Source: Patescibacteria group bacterium UBA2773 (lineage in GTDB: Bacteria; Patescibacteriota; Minisyncoccia; Moranbacterales; DUUL01). Taken from it: a stretch of DNA of 64,000 nucleotides. The stretch covers positions 64,777 to 128,776 of the forward strand of contig DEIN01000017.1 of NCBI GenBank assembly GCA_002352465.1, written 5' to 3'. Positions 28,107 to 39,100 of the stretch are shown one piece after another. A program made the position numbers and the translations under genes. The notes beneath the pieces are model-generated. The model saw nothing but the letters and a program-made list of their open reading frames with translations, was not told the DNA's origin and did not search any database. Position 1 is the first letter of the stretch; the number at the start of each line of letters is the position of its first letter.

Positions 28107-30704
28107 ATGAAAAAAGACGAAATAAAAAATTTTTTGAAAACCAGAAAAAATGTTGAAATTAAGGCTCAAAAAAATGAAGAGACGACTACAATGAAAAATG
28201 AAAACAAAACAGGGGAAGTGACGAAAAAAGTTAAAAATTCAAAATTAATTGATTGTACAATTAAAATTCCTCTTTATTTAGTGGTCATATTATTGCCAAT
28301 CTTTTTTTATGCCAATGTTTCAAGCCCGTTTGAACTTAATAAGCAGATTTTGTTAGTTGGATTGGTTGGAATTAGTGCGTTGGCCTGGATTGGAAAAATG
28401 GCTTGGAAAAATGAAATAAAATTTAAAAAAAGCTTTTTATTAATTCCTGTTTTAACATTTTTGCTAATTTATGGAATCAGTACCGTTTATTCTAGCTATT
28501 ATGAACAAAGTATGTGGGGATATTTTGGTGGTGAAAGCAACGCTTTTGTCACGGTTTTGTTTTTGATTACTTTTTTTGTTTTGATTTTTAACAATATTAA
28601 TAATTACAGCGGAATTGCTAAATTGATTTTTTCTTTTCTTTTTAGTGGTTTCATTTTGACGATTTTCAGTATTCTTCAATTTTCAGGTGTTTATTTGTTG
28701 CCTTTTGAATTTGCCAAGGTTAGTTCTTTTACTACGATTGGATCTGTGTATGTTTTTTCGATTTATATTGCTTTAATTTTTTTGGTTTCTGTAACACTAT
28801 TTTTATCCAGTGCCTCCAAATGGATTAAAGCTTTTTTGATGCTTTTGTCTTTTGGTTCATTCTTTTTGTTAGCAGTGATTAATTTTAAAATGATTTGGAT
28901 ATTTTTGATTTTTATGTTGGCTGTCATTTTGGGAATAACTATTTTAATTGAAAATAAAAAACCTTCTCAATCAAGGGTTTTGCCAATGATTTTTATTATT
29001 TTTACTCTTTTGTTTTTTTTAAGAGGGAAGCCTCTCATAAATAATGTTAATTTGCCAGTGGAGGTTTTCTTGAAGCATAAAGTAGCGGCAGAAATTTCTT
29101 TGAGTTCAATCAAGGACAATCCGATGCTGGGAAGTGGACCAACTACTTTTGCTAATGTCTATAAGAAGAACAGACCAAGTGATTTGGGAGAATTTTCAGC
29201 GGTTAATTTTAATGAATCGACTAGCTATTTCTCGACACTAGCTTCTACGACTGGTATTTTGGGAGTAGCTTCTTTCTTGTTTTTAGTAATTGCTGGGTTG
29301 TTCGTTGTTTTCAAAGAAGTTATGCGAATTATTAAGAGCGTTGATGATAGGCAGAAAAATAATTTCAATAATTATTCGATAATTGCGTTGGCGGTAGGGT
29401 GGTTGTTTCTGACAATCTTTCTTTTTGCCTATTTTTCAAATATCACCATTATGATGTTGTGGTGGCTTTTTCTTGCTCTGCTTCTAGTTTCGTATTTTTT
29501 AAATAGGAAGAGCGAAAATTCAGCTTTGAATGAAATTACAACTACTTCTAATAGCCCTAAAACTTCTTTCATTCTTTCTTTTGGTTTTGTTTTGGTGATA
29601 ATTGGTTTTACAGCAGTTATGTACCTTCATGGTCAAAAATATGTGGCTGCGGTTTATTTTGGGCAAGCTCTAGCTGCTAGCAACAAGGAAGACAATATTG
29701 AAAAAACAGCTGAAAAAATATCGAAAGCGGTTTCTTTGGATCCTAATCGAGATCTATATTATCGAGATTTGGCAGTAGTCCATTTGGCTTTGGCCAAAGA
29801 TAAAATTGAAGAGAAAGGTTTGGAAAATTTAACGCCAGATGAATCTAATTTCATCAGTACTAGATTTAGAAGTGCTTTACAATCTTTGGATAAAGCCAAA
29901 ACTTTGAATCCAGCTGATTCTCTTAATTTTATTTCGATTGCTAATCTTTATCGAGAGTTCATTGTTATTCAGAAAGATTCTGGTATTAAGGCTATTGAAA
30001 ACTACGAAAAAGCAATTGAGTTGGATCCAAAAAATCCAGAAATATATCAATATTTAGCTAACGTTCAAATAACTTTAGCCGATTTGGAGATGATAGAACA
30101 AAATTCAGGTAAACAGGCTGAAGCGGAGATGGAGCTTCCTCAAAAAAGTTTAGAATATTTATCAATGGCAGAAGATTATTTAAAAAAAGTATTAATTTTA
30201 AAACCGGAACATGTCGGAGCTAATATTACTTTAGTTAGTCTTTATGAAAGACAACGAGAGACAGAAAAGGCTTTGAATAAGGCGATTGAAAATGTGGAAC
30301 TTTATCCTCAGGCAGCTGAATTGCAAATGGATTTGGGAAGACTTTATTATCAACGAGAAGATTATGATCAGGCAGAAGATTCTCTTTTAAGAGCACTTGG
30401 GTTGAATGTTGAATATGCCAATGCTAGATATTTATATGGCTTGGTTCTTGATAAAAAAGGCAATAAAAATCAAGCGATAAAAGAGTTCGAAAAAATCAAA
30501 GAATCAAATCAAGACAATGAATTGCTTCAGAAAATAATTGATAATTTGAAAAATAATCGAGAAGCTCTGGCTAATTTGAATGAAAGTGCTTCAGCGACTT
30601 TGCCGGTTGTTGAGGAAAATGCAACTGATCAGGAAGGTCCTGTTTTAGAAGAGCCAGCTGGGGTTGATTCACCGGCTGAAAATCCAGAAAATATAGCTAA
30701 CTAA
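28107..30704 (+). CDS. Polytopic O-antigen-ligase-like membrane protein with C-terminal TPRs
   Basis: Many TM segments, LGSGPTTF loop, TPR-like repeats (KAIELDPKNPE, YANARYLYGL). Confidence 0.8.
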   Translation: MKKDEIKNFLKTRKNVEIKAQKNEETTTMKNENKTGEVTKKVKNSKLIDCTIKIPLYLVVILLPIFFYANVSSPFELNKQILLVGLVGISALAWIGKMAWKNEIKFKKSFLLIPVLTFLLIYGISTVYSSYYEQSMWGYFGGESNAFVTVLFLITFFVLIFNNINNYSGIAKLIFSFLFSGFILTIFSILQFSGVYLLPFEFAKVSSFTTIGSVYVFSIYIALIFLVSVTLFLSSASKWIKAFLMLLSFGSFFLLAVINFKMIWIFLIFMLAVILGITILIENKKPSQSRVLPMIFIIFTLLFFLRGKPLINNVNLPVEVFLKHKVAAEISLSSIKDNPMLGSGPTTFANVYKKNRPSDLGEFSAVNFNESTSYFSTLASTTGILGVASFLFLVIAGLFVVFKEVMRIIKSVDDRQKNNFNNYSIIALAVGWLFLTIFLFAYFSNITIMMLWWLFLALLLVSYFLNRKSENSALNEITTTSNSPKTSFILSFGFVLVIIGFTAVMYLHGQKYVAAVYFGQALAASNKEDNIEKTAEKISKAVSLDPNRDLYYRDLAVVHLALAKDKIEEKGLENLTPDESNFISTRFRSALQSLDKAKTLNPADSLNFISIANLYREFIVIQKDSGIKAIENYEKAIELDPKNPEIYQYLANVQITLADLEMIEQNSGKQAEAEMELPQKSLEYLSMAEDYLKKVLILKPEHVGANITLVSLYERQRETEKALNKAIENVELYPQAAELQMDLGRLYYQREDYDQAEDSLLRALGLNVEYANARYLYGLVLDKKGNKNQAIKEFEKIKESNQDNELLQKIIDNLKNNREALANLNESASATLPVVEENATDQEGPVLEEPAGVDSPAENPENIAN

Positions 30705-30862
30705 TTTTGTTTCAAAGAGAATGTTTTTGATTACTCTTTTCACCGTTTACCTCGCTGAGGTTTGTTGAGATGAACAATTTTCTAATTTTGGATTAAGCGT
30801 TTACTTTACGAAACTGCGACTGGAAAAAATTTCCTAAAAATTAAGTTAATATTAAAGATAGA

Positions 30863-32200
30863 ATGCCAAAAAAGGAAACAAAAAATATAATAGAAATAAA
30901 AAATCTTAACGTTATTTATCATAAAGGAGAATCAAATCAGGTTCGGGCTTTGGATGATGTTAATTTAGAATTTGAAGCGGAAGAATGGATTATAATTTTT
31001 GGTCCTTCTGGTTGTGGAAAATCAACTTTGTTAAATTCAATTGCTAGTTTTGAAACGCCTACTAGAGGCACGATTAATGTCTTAGGCAAAAATATTAATG
31101 ATTTTGATAGTGACGAAAAATCAATATATAGACGAAGAACCGTCGGAATGATTTTTCAGTCTTTTCATTTAATTAATTCTCTAAAGGTTTTAGATAATGT
31201 TTGTTTGCCCCAGGTTTTTTTTGGAGTTAATTTGGAAAAAAGAAGATCTTTAGCGAGAGGTTTTTTGGAACGATTTGATATTGCTAATCAGGCGGAAAAG
31301 TATCCATCTGATATTTCTGGAGGACAACGGCAAAAAGTTTCAATTGCGAGAGCTTTGATGAATCAACCGGAGATAATTTTAGCGGATGAACCGGTAGGAA
31401 ATTTGGATTCTAAGTCGGTCTATAATGTGATGGCGATTCTCAAAGAGTTGAACGAGCTTGACAAAAAGACGATTATAATGGTGACGCACGATGCTAATCA
31501 TTTGGTTTTTGCTGATCGAATTGTTTATATTAAAGATGGAAAAATTCAAAAAGTAGTTGTGACAAAGAAGAGAAGAGAAGCAAAATTCAACAAGGAAAAA
31601 AAGAAAAAAATGGTTCTTACTAAACAAACCAAAATTCCCAATGATCTGCGACTTTTAATGAATTCTTTCAAAGATTTATCGAGTGCTAATATTGGTCAAT
31701 TGTTGACGCCTTTTAAAGTGAAACAAATTTTTTCTCACTTAATGTTGCCGATAACTAATTATCAAACGGATTTGACTCAGCGTTATATGAAGAACTATTT
31801 GTTGGGAACTTTAAACGAAAAACAATTTTTTGACCAAATAAATAAATCATTGGAAGATGGTGGAGCTGGTTGGGACAAGCGAAGTGCAAAACATTTTGTT
31901 GAACAGGTGGCAGTTTTTTATAAAGAAGCTGAAAAAATTGATTATTCAGAACCGTTTAAATCAGCGATAAGATTAAAGAATTTTTTTATTAAACGATATC
32001 CGATTAAAAAAACGGAATACAGGATGAATGTTTTGAAAAACAGCATTGAAAGTCGTTTAAATGAAGAATTAGCTCGGGATGATTTTCAGGCAATTTTAGA
32101 TCGACCGGTTTCGGAAGAAGGATTGGGTTTGAATTCGAGAACAGCCGAAAAGATTGCTAGAGAGCTGGAATTGTTGATTCTAATAAGATATTCGGGCTAA
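30863..32200 (+). CDS. ABC transporter ATP-binding protein (LolD/MacB-like) with C-terminal extension
   Basis: GPSGCGKST, ISGGQ, ILADEP, VTHD. Confidence 0.95.
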   Translation: MPKKETKNIIEIKNLNVIYHKGESNQVRALDDVNLEFEAEEWIIIFGPSGCGKSTLLNSIASFETPTRGTINVLGKNINDFDSDEKSIYRRRTVGMIFQSFHLINSLKVLDNVCLPQVFFGVNLEKRRSLARGFLERFDIANQAEKYPSDISGGQRQKVSIARALMNQPEIILADEPVGNLDSKSVYNVMAILKELNELDKKTIIMVTHDANHLVFADRIVYIKDGKIQKVVVTKKRREAKFNKEKKKKMVLTKQTKIPNDLRLLMNSFKDLSSANIGQLLTPFKVKQIFSHLMLPITNYQTDLTQRYMKNYLLGTLNEKQFFDQINKSLEDGGAGWDKRSAKHFVEQVAVFYKEAEKIDYSEPFKSAIRLKNFFIKRYPIKKTEYRMNVLKNSIESRLNEELARDDFQAILDRPVSEEGLGLNSRTAEKIARELELLILIRYSG

Positions 32201-32201
32201 T

Positions 32202-33389
32202 ATGAAATTTATTGATTTAATAAAGTTATCCACTAGAATGTTTCGAGCTAGAACGTCGCGAACGCTTTTGACTATTTTGGGGATTGGAGTTGGAACAGCA
32301 ACGATTTTGTTTCTGATTTCTTTGGGATTTGGAGTTCAGGAAGTGGTTTTGAATAGAATTACTACTTCTGATTCATTATCTTCGATTGATGTTTATTCTA
32401 ATGATGAGACAGGTAAAAAAATTAATCAAAAAACGGTTGATCAATTCAGCTATATTAATGAATTGGAGAAAATTATTCCGTTGATGAAATATGATGGCCA
32501 AATAATAACTGAAGATAATCTTAGTAATACCTCTTTTTTCATTACCGATCCGGGTTATTTGAGTATGGATGGGAAAAAGATGCTTTTAGGGGAAATGCTT
32601 TCGAAAGAAATGGAAAACGGGATTGTTTTGTCTTCGGCTTTTTCGAAAATTTTGGGAATGGAAATGGAAGATTTGATGAATGAGGAAGTCGAAATTGTTT
32701 TAAATATTCCTAGCGGAGAACAGGGGCAATTTTTGGAAAAAAAGATTGAAAAAACTTTTACGGTTATTGGAATAGTCGAGAATGATCGGTCTAATGTTTT
32801 TGTTAGCGCTATTGATTTTCAAGATCAAGGTTTAACTGAGATTTTTTTGCTGAAAGTCAAGGCTTGGAACTCTAATCAAGTTGACGACGTTAAGGCAGTG
32901 ATTGAAAAATTGGGTTATAAGACTTCTTCTATTTCAGAGGTAGTGCAACAATCTAAAAAATTCTTTTCAGTAGTCAGTTTGATTTTGGCAATTTTGGGAG
33001 TAGTGGCCTTGTTTGTTAGTTCGATTGGAATGTTCAATACGATGATTATTACTTTACTGGAAAGAACTGAAGAAATCGGTATAATGAAAGCAATCGGAGC
33101 AACGGACAAAAATATTTTAAGTATTTTTATTTTTGAATCAGCTCTGATGGGTTTTCTGGGGGGAGTTTCGGGAGTTTTAATGGGCTTTTTGGTTCAAAAT
33201 GTTTTTAATTGGATTGTTAATTTTATTGCGGTTCGAATGGGTGGTGAGGCTTTTGATTTGTTTCACTCCCCGTTTTGGTTTATTTGTTTATTATTAACCA
33301 GTTCTTTATTAATAGGAATCTTCACTGGTTTAATTCCAGCCAGAAAAGCCAGCGTTGTTGATCCGCTAGAAGCTTTGAAGAGAAGATAG
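32202..33389 (+). CDS. ABC transporter permease (MacB/FtsX family)
   Basis: RTLLTILGIGVG, ERTEEIGIMKAIGA, PARKAS.VDPLEAL. Confidence 0.95.
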   Translation: MKFIDLIKLSTRMFRARTSRTLLTILGIGVGTATILFLISLGFGVQEVVLNRITTSDSLSSIDVYSNDETGKKINQKTVDQFSYINELEKIIPLMKYDGQIITEDNLSNTSFFITDPGYLSMDGKKMLLGEMLSKEMENGIVLSSAFSKILGMEMEDLMNEEVEIVLNIPSGEQGQFLEKKIEKTFTVIGIVENDRSNVFVSAIDFQDQGLTEIFLLKVKAWNSNQVDDVKAVIEKLGYKTSSISEVVQQSKKFFSVVSLILAILGVVALFVSSIGMFNTMIITLLERTEEIGIMKAIGATDKNILSIFIFESALMGFLGGVSGVLMGFLVQNVFNWIVNFIAVRMGGEAFDLFHSPFWFICLLLTSSLLIGIFTGLIPARKASVVDPLEALKRR

Positions 33390-33454
33390 GAAGAATAAAA
33401 ATGGAAGAATCGAGTTTAAGTTCGGGGAAAATTTCGCATCTGAAGGGCATTATA

Positions 33455-33775
33455 AATTTTGAATTTCGAATTTTGATTCAATTTCGAATGAATTAATTTA
33501 TGATTTATAAACTATATTTAATTTTAAATTTTAAAATAAAAACCCCTTCAACCCTTCCCTTTTTTTATCAAGGGGGGGGTGGCGAAGAAGCTTTTTAAAA
33601 TAAACGTGAAAGATTGGGTGAAGTATCCCCCTTTTGCAAAGGGCCCTGCCTCCGCAAGCTTAGAACGAGCCAAGGGACACAGGGGGTTTTAGAAAACAAT
33701 AAACAACAAAAATTATAAATTGACTAGATTCCCACCAGATCTTATTCTCAAACAGTCGGGGCAGGAACAACAAAA
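33455..33775. repeat. Cluster of small repeats (heptamer arms, CCCCTTT..AAAGGGG palindromes, nested elements)
   Basis: Same units recur at 52327-52825 and 59743-59930. Confidence 0.7.
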
Positions 33776-33797
33776 AAGGATAATTTTATAACATAAA

Positions 33798-34451
33798 ATG
33801 AAAAAAATTTTAATAAAAAAAATTTTAATAAATTCTTTGCAAACCATTCTGCTTTTTGCTTTGCTTTTTGGTGGCTTGGTGTCTTTCGAGTATTGGCAAC
33901 AGCAGAATGAAAGTAATAAAATGAGTGCGGTTAATTTGTATCAAAAGGATTCTAGAAAAGGTTTAGTGCAAGTTTTGGGTGAGACTACTAAAGCTGGAGA
34001 AGAATATAGTGGTGAGCGTTTTGTGGCTCAGGACATCGTTTTGGGAAGCGAGGCTTTGATGGCGATGACTGATGATGATCGAACCAGACCAATTGAAATT
34101 TCTCATTTTCAAGGCAAGCTTTTTAGGTCCAGTGAAGATAAAGACGATATTAGTTATTATGCCTCTTGGCAGTCCAATAAGCCGATTTTTTCAACAATCA
34201 GATATAAAGGCGATGAAGATTCAAAGTTTCAAGAAATAGCGGAAAATAATTTTGCTTATGTTCATAGTTTTACTTTGCCTAGTATTGAATTTTCTAGCGT
34301 TTATACTTATGTTATTCAAAGCAAAGATCGTTGGGGCAATGAGGTTGAATCAGATGAATTTGTATTTTATACTGGTCCGCCAGATACTTCTTTCTTCCAA
34401 TTACTGGAAGAATCTTTTAATGATATTTTTGGTTGGACGGTGGGGAAGTAA
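33798..34451 (+). CDS. Membrane-anchored protein with fibronectin-III-like beta domain
   Basis: N-terminal TM; W.SN...S.I.Y ... H...L ... Y.Y.IQSKD.WGN pattern. Confidence 0.6.
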   Translation: MKKILIKKILINSLQTILLFALLFGGLVSFEYWQQQNESNKMSAVNLYQKDSRKGLVQVLGETTKAGEEYSGERFVAQDIVLGSEALMAMTDDDRTRPIEISHFQGKLFRSSEDKDDISYYASWQSNKPIFSTIRYKGDEDSKFQEIAENNFAYVHSFTLPSIEFSSVYTYVIQSKDRWGNEVESDEFVFYTGPPDTSFFQLLEESFNDIFGWTVGK

Positions 34452-34534
34452 TTCGCAGTATTTAGTATCAAGTATTAAGTATAAAAATTTTGAATGTTTT
34501 AATTTAAAATAACAAGGTAATGATTAGAATGATA

Positions 34535-34573
34535 GCGGTTTGACCACAGTGGAACGGTGGTCGAACCGTGGGA
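34535..34573. repeat. REP-like doublet, family A (variant)
   Basis: CGGTTTGACCAC-AGTGGAACG-GTGGTCGAACCG. Confidence 0.75.
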
Positions 34574-34685
34574 GACTACAAGAGGGAAATAAATTAAATA
34601 ATCAATATTCAACAATTAGCATTCATTCAACATTCAAGGTTCTAAAAATCAAACAACTTAAATTAGTCTAAAAGTTTTTCAAAAT

Positions 34686-34730
34686 TTCCCTCGGTTTGAC
34701 CAGTGTATTCACATCGGTCGAACTGGGGAG
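34686..34730. repeat. REP-like doublet, family A
   Basis: TTCCCTCGGTTTGACCAGTGTATTCACATCGGTCGAACTGGGGA. Confidence 0.8.
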
Positions 34731-34844
34731 GATTTTGTTTCGAAAAAATTTTATGTTAAAATAAATTTACTGAAAATAGCCTTTAATATTTTTGAAATAC
34801 AAAATAAAACATTTTTTTTAAAACTCAAAATTTCCCTAAAAACC

Positions 34845-34929
34845 TTTCCTCTGGTTTCCACTGGTTGAACCAGTGCACTGGTTCAACCAGTGGAAACCAG
34901 TGTATTCACCTAGGTTGAACTGGGGGAAA
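34845..34929. repeat. Family A doublet carrying a nested family B REP (perfect 50-bp palindrome 34851-34900)
   Basis: CTGGTTTCCACTGGTTGAACCAGTG|CACTGGTTCAACCAGTGGAAACCAG followed by TGTATTCACCTAGGTTGAACTGGGGGAA. Confidence 0.9.
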
Positions 34930-35324
34930 AACTTATTCTTCAAAAAATTAAAATCTTATAGTATACTAGAAATTGAAAACTAGCATTGAAAGTCTAAATA
35001 CAAAATTTAAAAATGTTTTAAAATATTAAATTAAGAACAACAACTAGAAATTAAAAATAATAATTATAAATTGACTAGATTTCCGCTTGCGCGGGAATGA
35101 CAAGCAAGGTAATTGAAAATAATAATTATAAATTATGAATTATGAAACAAAAAATAGAAAATGTTGTTGAAAATAGGAACGGAAAAAACCCCTCGGTCCC
35201 CCTTTGGGAAAGGGGGAGGAGAAAAGAGAAAATTAAAAAACAAATTGGAATTCTAAAGATTTTTTTTCGAAAAAAGATTAAAAAAACAATTACTAGATTG
35301 AAGAAAATTGGGGATTGGGGATTG

Positions 35325-35954
35325 ATGAAAAAACGAAAAATTGTTTCAGTTTTGGGAGTGGTGGTGGTGGGAGTGGTGACGGGATTTTTTTTGGTCTATG
35401 CCCAAGAAATTATTGACAGTTTTACGAGTGATTCAAGCGTGGCAGATACTTGGAACGTGGAAGTGGATACTACGGCAGGAGAAGTGAAATTGGAAGCTCG
35501 GAGTTGTGACAGCGGGACTTGGTTTTGTGGAACTGGTTATGATGATGTTTGCGCTAATACTTTGGGCGATGGGGATTATATTGTGGTGGCTAAAACTGAT
35601 ATTGCAACTACGCAACAATGGAAAAGCGAAAATACAGCTTGTAATCAGTCTCAGTGTGGAATTGATGGTGGGCAAAATGGAGATGAAATGGTAGCAGATA
35701 ATACGGTTAATTTTGCTGATTATCCCGCTCGGCAAGCTTGTAAAGCGATTGGAGGGCGTTTACCAACTAAAACCGAGTTGAGCTATATTTATAGCAATAA
35801 AACTACTTTCGGGGACAATTTCGGCACGAGCTACTATTGGTCCGCCACGGAGTACAATGCTACGAACGCTTGGTACGTGAGATTTTCCGACGGGTATGTG
35901 TCCAGCCCCAATAAGACGAATAGCTTCTCAGTTAGGTGTGTTCTAGGGTGGTAA
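35325..35954 (+). CDS. DUF1566/C-type-lectin-fold exported protein, candidate DGR target
   Basis: Signal/TM from ATG 35325; AC..IGGRLPT..EL, YYWSATE....AWYV.F..G......K.....VRCV; alternative start 35142 runs through a repeat. Confidence 0.85.
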   Translation: MKKRKIVSVLGVVVVGVVTGFFLVYAQEIIDSFTSDSSVADTWNVEVDTTAGEVKLEARSCDSGTWFCGTGYDDVCANTLGDGDYIVVAKTDIATTQQWKSENTACNQSQCGIDGGQNGDEMVADNTVNFADYPARQACKAIGGRLPTKTELSYIYSNKTTFGDNFGTSYYWSATEYNATNAWYVRFSDGYVSSPNKTNSFSVRCVLGW

Positions 35955-35975
35955 TTCCTGCCGGTAGGCAGGAAT
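35954..35975. other. GC-rich hairpin immediately after stop codon (DGR homing-like stem-loop or small REP)
   Basis: ATTCCTGCC-GGTA-GGCAGGAAT, 9-bp stem with GRNA loop. Confidence 0.6.
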
Positions 35976-36166
35976 AATTTGGTTTTTGGAAACTTGTCTC
36001 CGAAGCCGCTTGCGGTTTTAGATTTGGAAATTTTGATTTTTAAAATAAAAACCTCCACCTCGGCAAGTCTCGGCGAGACGGGTCCTCAGTCTCCCTTTAC
36101 CTGTCTTCGCTAAAGCTACGCCGAGGCAAGAGCGAAGAATAAAATTTTCAAAAATTTAAATAAAAA

Positions 36167-39100
36167 ATGAAATTAAAAATTCAATACAAATTAGCGGTTT
36201 ATTTTTGCTTGAGCTTCCTGCTTTTTGGCGGGGTTTCTTTGGCGCGGGCTGATTATTATGCTCAAGGTACAATGAAATCTACTAATCTTTTGGTGGGTGC
36301 GGAGGTGACGGCCATCAACAGTTTTACGGTTGATTCAACTATTCCAGCCGGAACTACTGTTTCAGTTCAATTTTCCCAAGATCGACATATTTTTTATTCT
36401 TCGGCGGGAACCAAGGGCGGTTGGGATTCTTTGAGCGCCGGAGAGGATGAAGTTGATCTTTCTGGATTGAGCTGGGATGGGGCGGTTTTGTATTATAAAT
36501 TGAAACTAGAAACGACTGATTCTGCTTTGACGCCAGTGGTGAATGATACGACTTTAGATTATACGGGGACGGAAGCCGATGCTCCGGGAGGAACAATTTA
36601 TCATCAAGAAGGAGCGATTGTTTCTACTAATATGGTTGGTAGCACTGGAGAAAGAATTTTGGCTGTTAATAGTATTGATATTACCACTGATATTCCAGCT
36701 GGAACTAGTGTGGCAGCTCAATTTTCAGAAGACGGAGAAAGTTGGTATTCATCTTCTGGAACCGCCAACGGCTGGGATTCTTTGGTTGACGAAGAAAATT
36801 TGATTGATCTTTCGGGGCTGGAGTGGACCAGTTCTCTATATTATAAAGCCAAACTGGAGACCATCGACGGAGCAATGATTTCTAAAATTACTGAAGTGGA
36901 GGTGGATTATGATAGTGGAGGACCGGCTGATCCAGTGGGGTATTGGAGTTTTGATGAGGGGTTTGGGACAACGGCGTATGATGAAAGTTCACAGGGGAAT
37001 GATGGGACGCTGACTAATGGCCCGGTTTGGAAAGATGAGAGTGAGTGTGTCTCGGGAAAATGTCTTTATTTTGATGGAACTGACGACTCCGTCGCAATTT
37101 CCAATTTCCAATTTCCAATTTTCAATCAATTTTCAACTACCCAATTTTTTAATTTTCAAACGCTAGCAGTTTCCAAACCAATCACGGCTCAATGGGGTGA
37201 TAGTCAAAATGCAGTTTTAATAAAATTAGATGATACTAATAGCGATGAAATCAAAGTTTGCATCGCCGACGCTTTAACTGATGATTGCACTAATTATGGA
37301 ATAACTACTGACGCTGATATTTCGGCGAATAGTTGGTATAATTTGCAAATAGTTTATGATGGAGCGGGAAGTGAAAATTCGGACAAAATAAAATTGTATT
37401 TAGACGGAATAGAAAAAACTTTATCTTTCACTGGCACCATTCCGACTGCATTTCCTGAATCAAGTGAAGGATTAGAAATTGGTGGAGACACAGATTTGGC
37501 GACTTATACTAATGGAAAAATCGACGAAGTGAAGATCTATCCGTATGCGAGGACGGCGGGACAGATCAAGCAGGATTATAATGCGGGGCTTTCAGGAGTG
37601 AAATCCAGTCGGGGGACCTCAGTGTCTTTCGGCGGGAAATCAGACAAGTGGATGTCGGATGGGTTGGTGGGACATTGGAAGATGGATGAAGCCAGTTGGG
37701 ATGGAACGGCGGGGGAAGTGCTGGATGCGAGTGGGAATGGGAATGATGGAACGCGAACGGGAGATGCTACTACAGCGGGAGGAAAATATGGCAACGGCGG
37801 AATATTTGATGGAGATGGTGATCTTATTACAAGAGATAGCACAGCAAGTCTAGAACTTACCATGGCGGGAACTATTTCGACTTGGATAAAACAAAGTGGC
37901 GCTGATCAGGATACTTATGCTGGATATGTAGCAAAAACTGTTGGAGGGAATCCTGTAAATGTATCTTATGCTTTATATCACTATGATGATTCTAATGTTA
38001 TTCGAGGTATAATTTGTGATGATAGTGCGTGTGACATTGTGGAAATTCCAGAATTAAGTATGAGTGACACGGATTGGCATCATTTCATTTTTAGTTGGGA
38101 TGGGTCTTCTTTGTATTTATATCAGGATGGAATTCTATTAAACACAGAAACGCAAACAATCGTGCTTGATGTTGAGTCTACTGATAAATTTAAAATAGGG
38201 GGAGACTGTTTTGGTCTTAGTTCCTACTCAGATGATTTTAATGGTCAAATCGATGAAGTGCGGATTTATAATCGGGCGTTGAGTCCTGATGAAGTCAAGG
38301 GGTTGTATGAATACGCGCCAGGGCCAGTTTTGCATTTGAAGATGGATGAGAAAGTGGCGGGGGATGCCCAGACGCTTTATGACATTTCCGGCAATGAAAA
38401 CAACGGCACGACGGTAGACGGCGCCAATGATTCGGGGATGGATTGTTCGGTTTTGGGGAAATACGGCTCGGCTTGTGAATTTGACGGAACGGATGATTAT
38501 GTGGATGTTGGAAATGATGCAACATTGAAACCAGGAGCAAATAATTTTTCAGTAGGAGGGTGGTTTAAGCATGCTGCTGTCGATTCTTTCGAAATTATTT
38601 TTGGAAAGGCAAAAACTATCCCTGTCTATCAACAATGGACGGTTTCATCGGGATCTGTTCAGTCAACAGGCTCTACTAATCCAAGTAAAAGAATTTCAGT
38701 TATGCTGATACATACTGGTGGGAACTTAGTTTTTTCTGCTTATACGGATACCGATATTATTGATGGTAATTGGCATTATGTTTCTTTGGTGAGGGAAGGT
38801 GCAGATTATCCCAAGTTATACATTGATGGTATTGAGCAAGGATTGACGATTACTAAGGCTTGGGGACCTTTTAACTTTGATGTAGATACCGATAATTCCT
38901 TTAAGATAGGAGGTAATGGAGTAAACGCTAATTTTACTGGGCAGATTGATGATGTGAAATATTATAATTACGCGCGGACGCAAAGCCAAATTTTGGAAGA
39001 CATGAATGGGGGAGGTCCAGCAAACAAATCTCCGATTTTGCATTTGAATTTTGATGAAGGGCGGGGAGCGACGGCGTATGATTCTTCCGGATTTTCTAAT

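Noticed and set aside
34535-34929. CRISPR array
   Set aside because: Repeats are degenerate, spacers exceed 100 bp and resemble each other, no cas genes are present, and the same units are dispersed elsewhere
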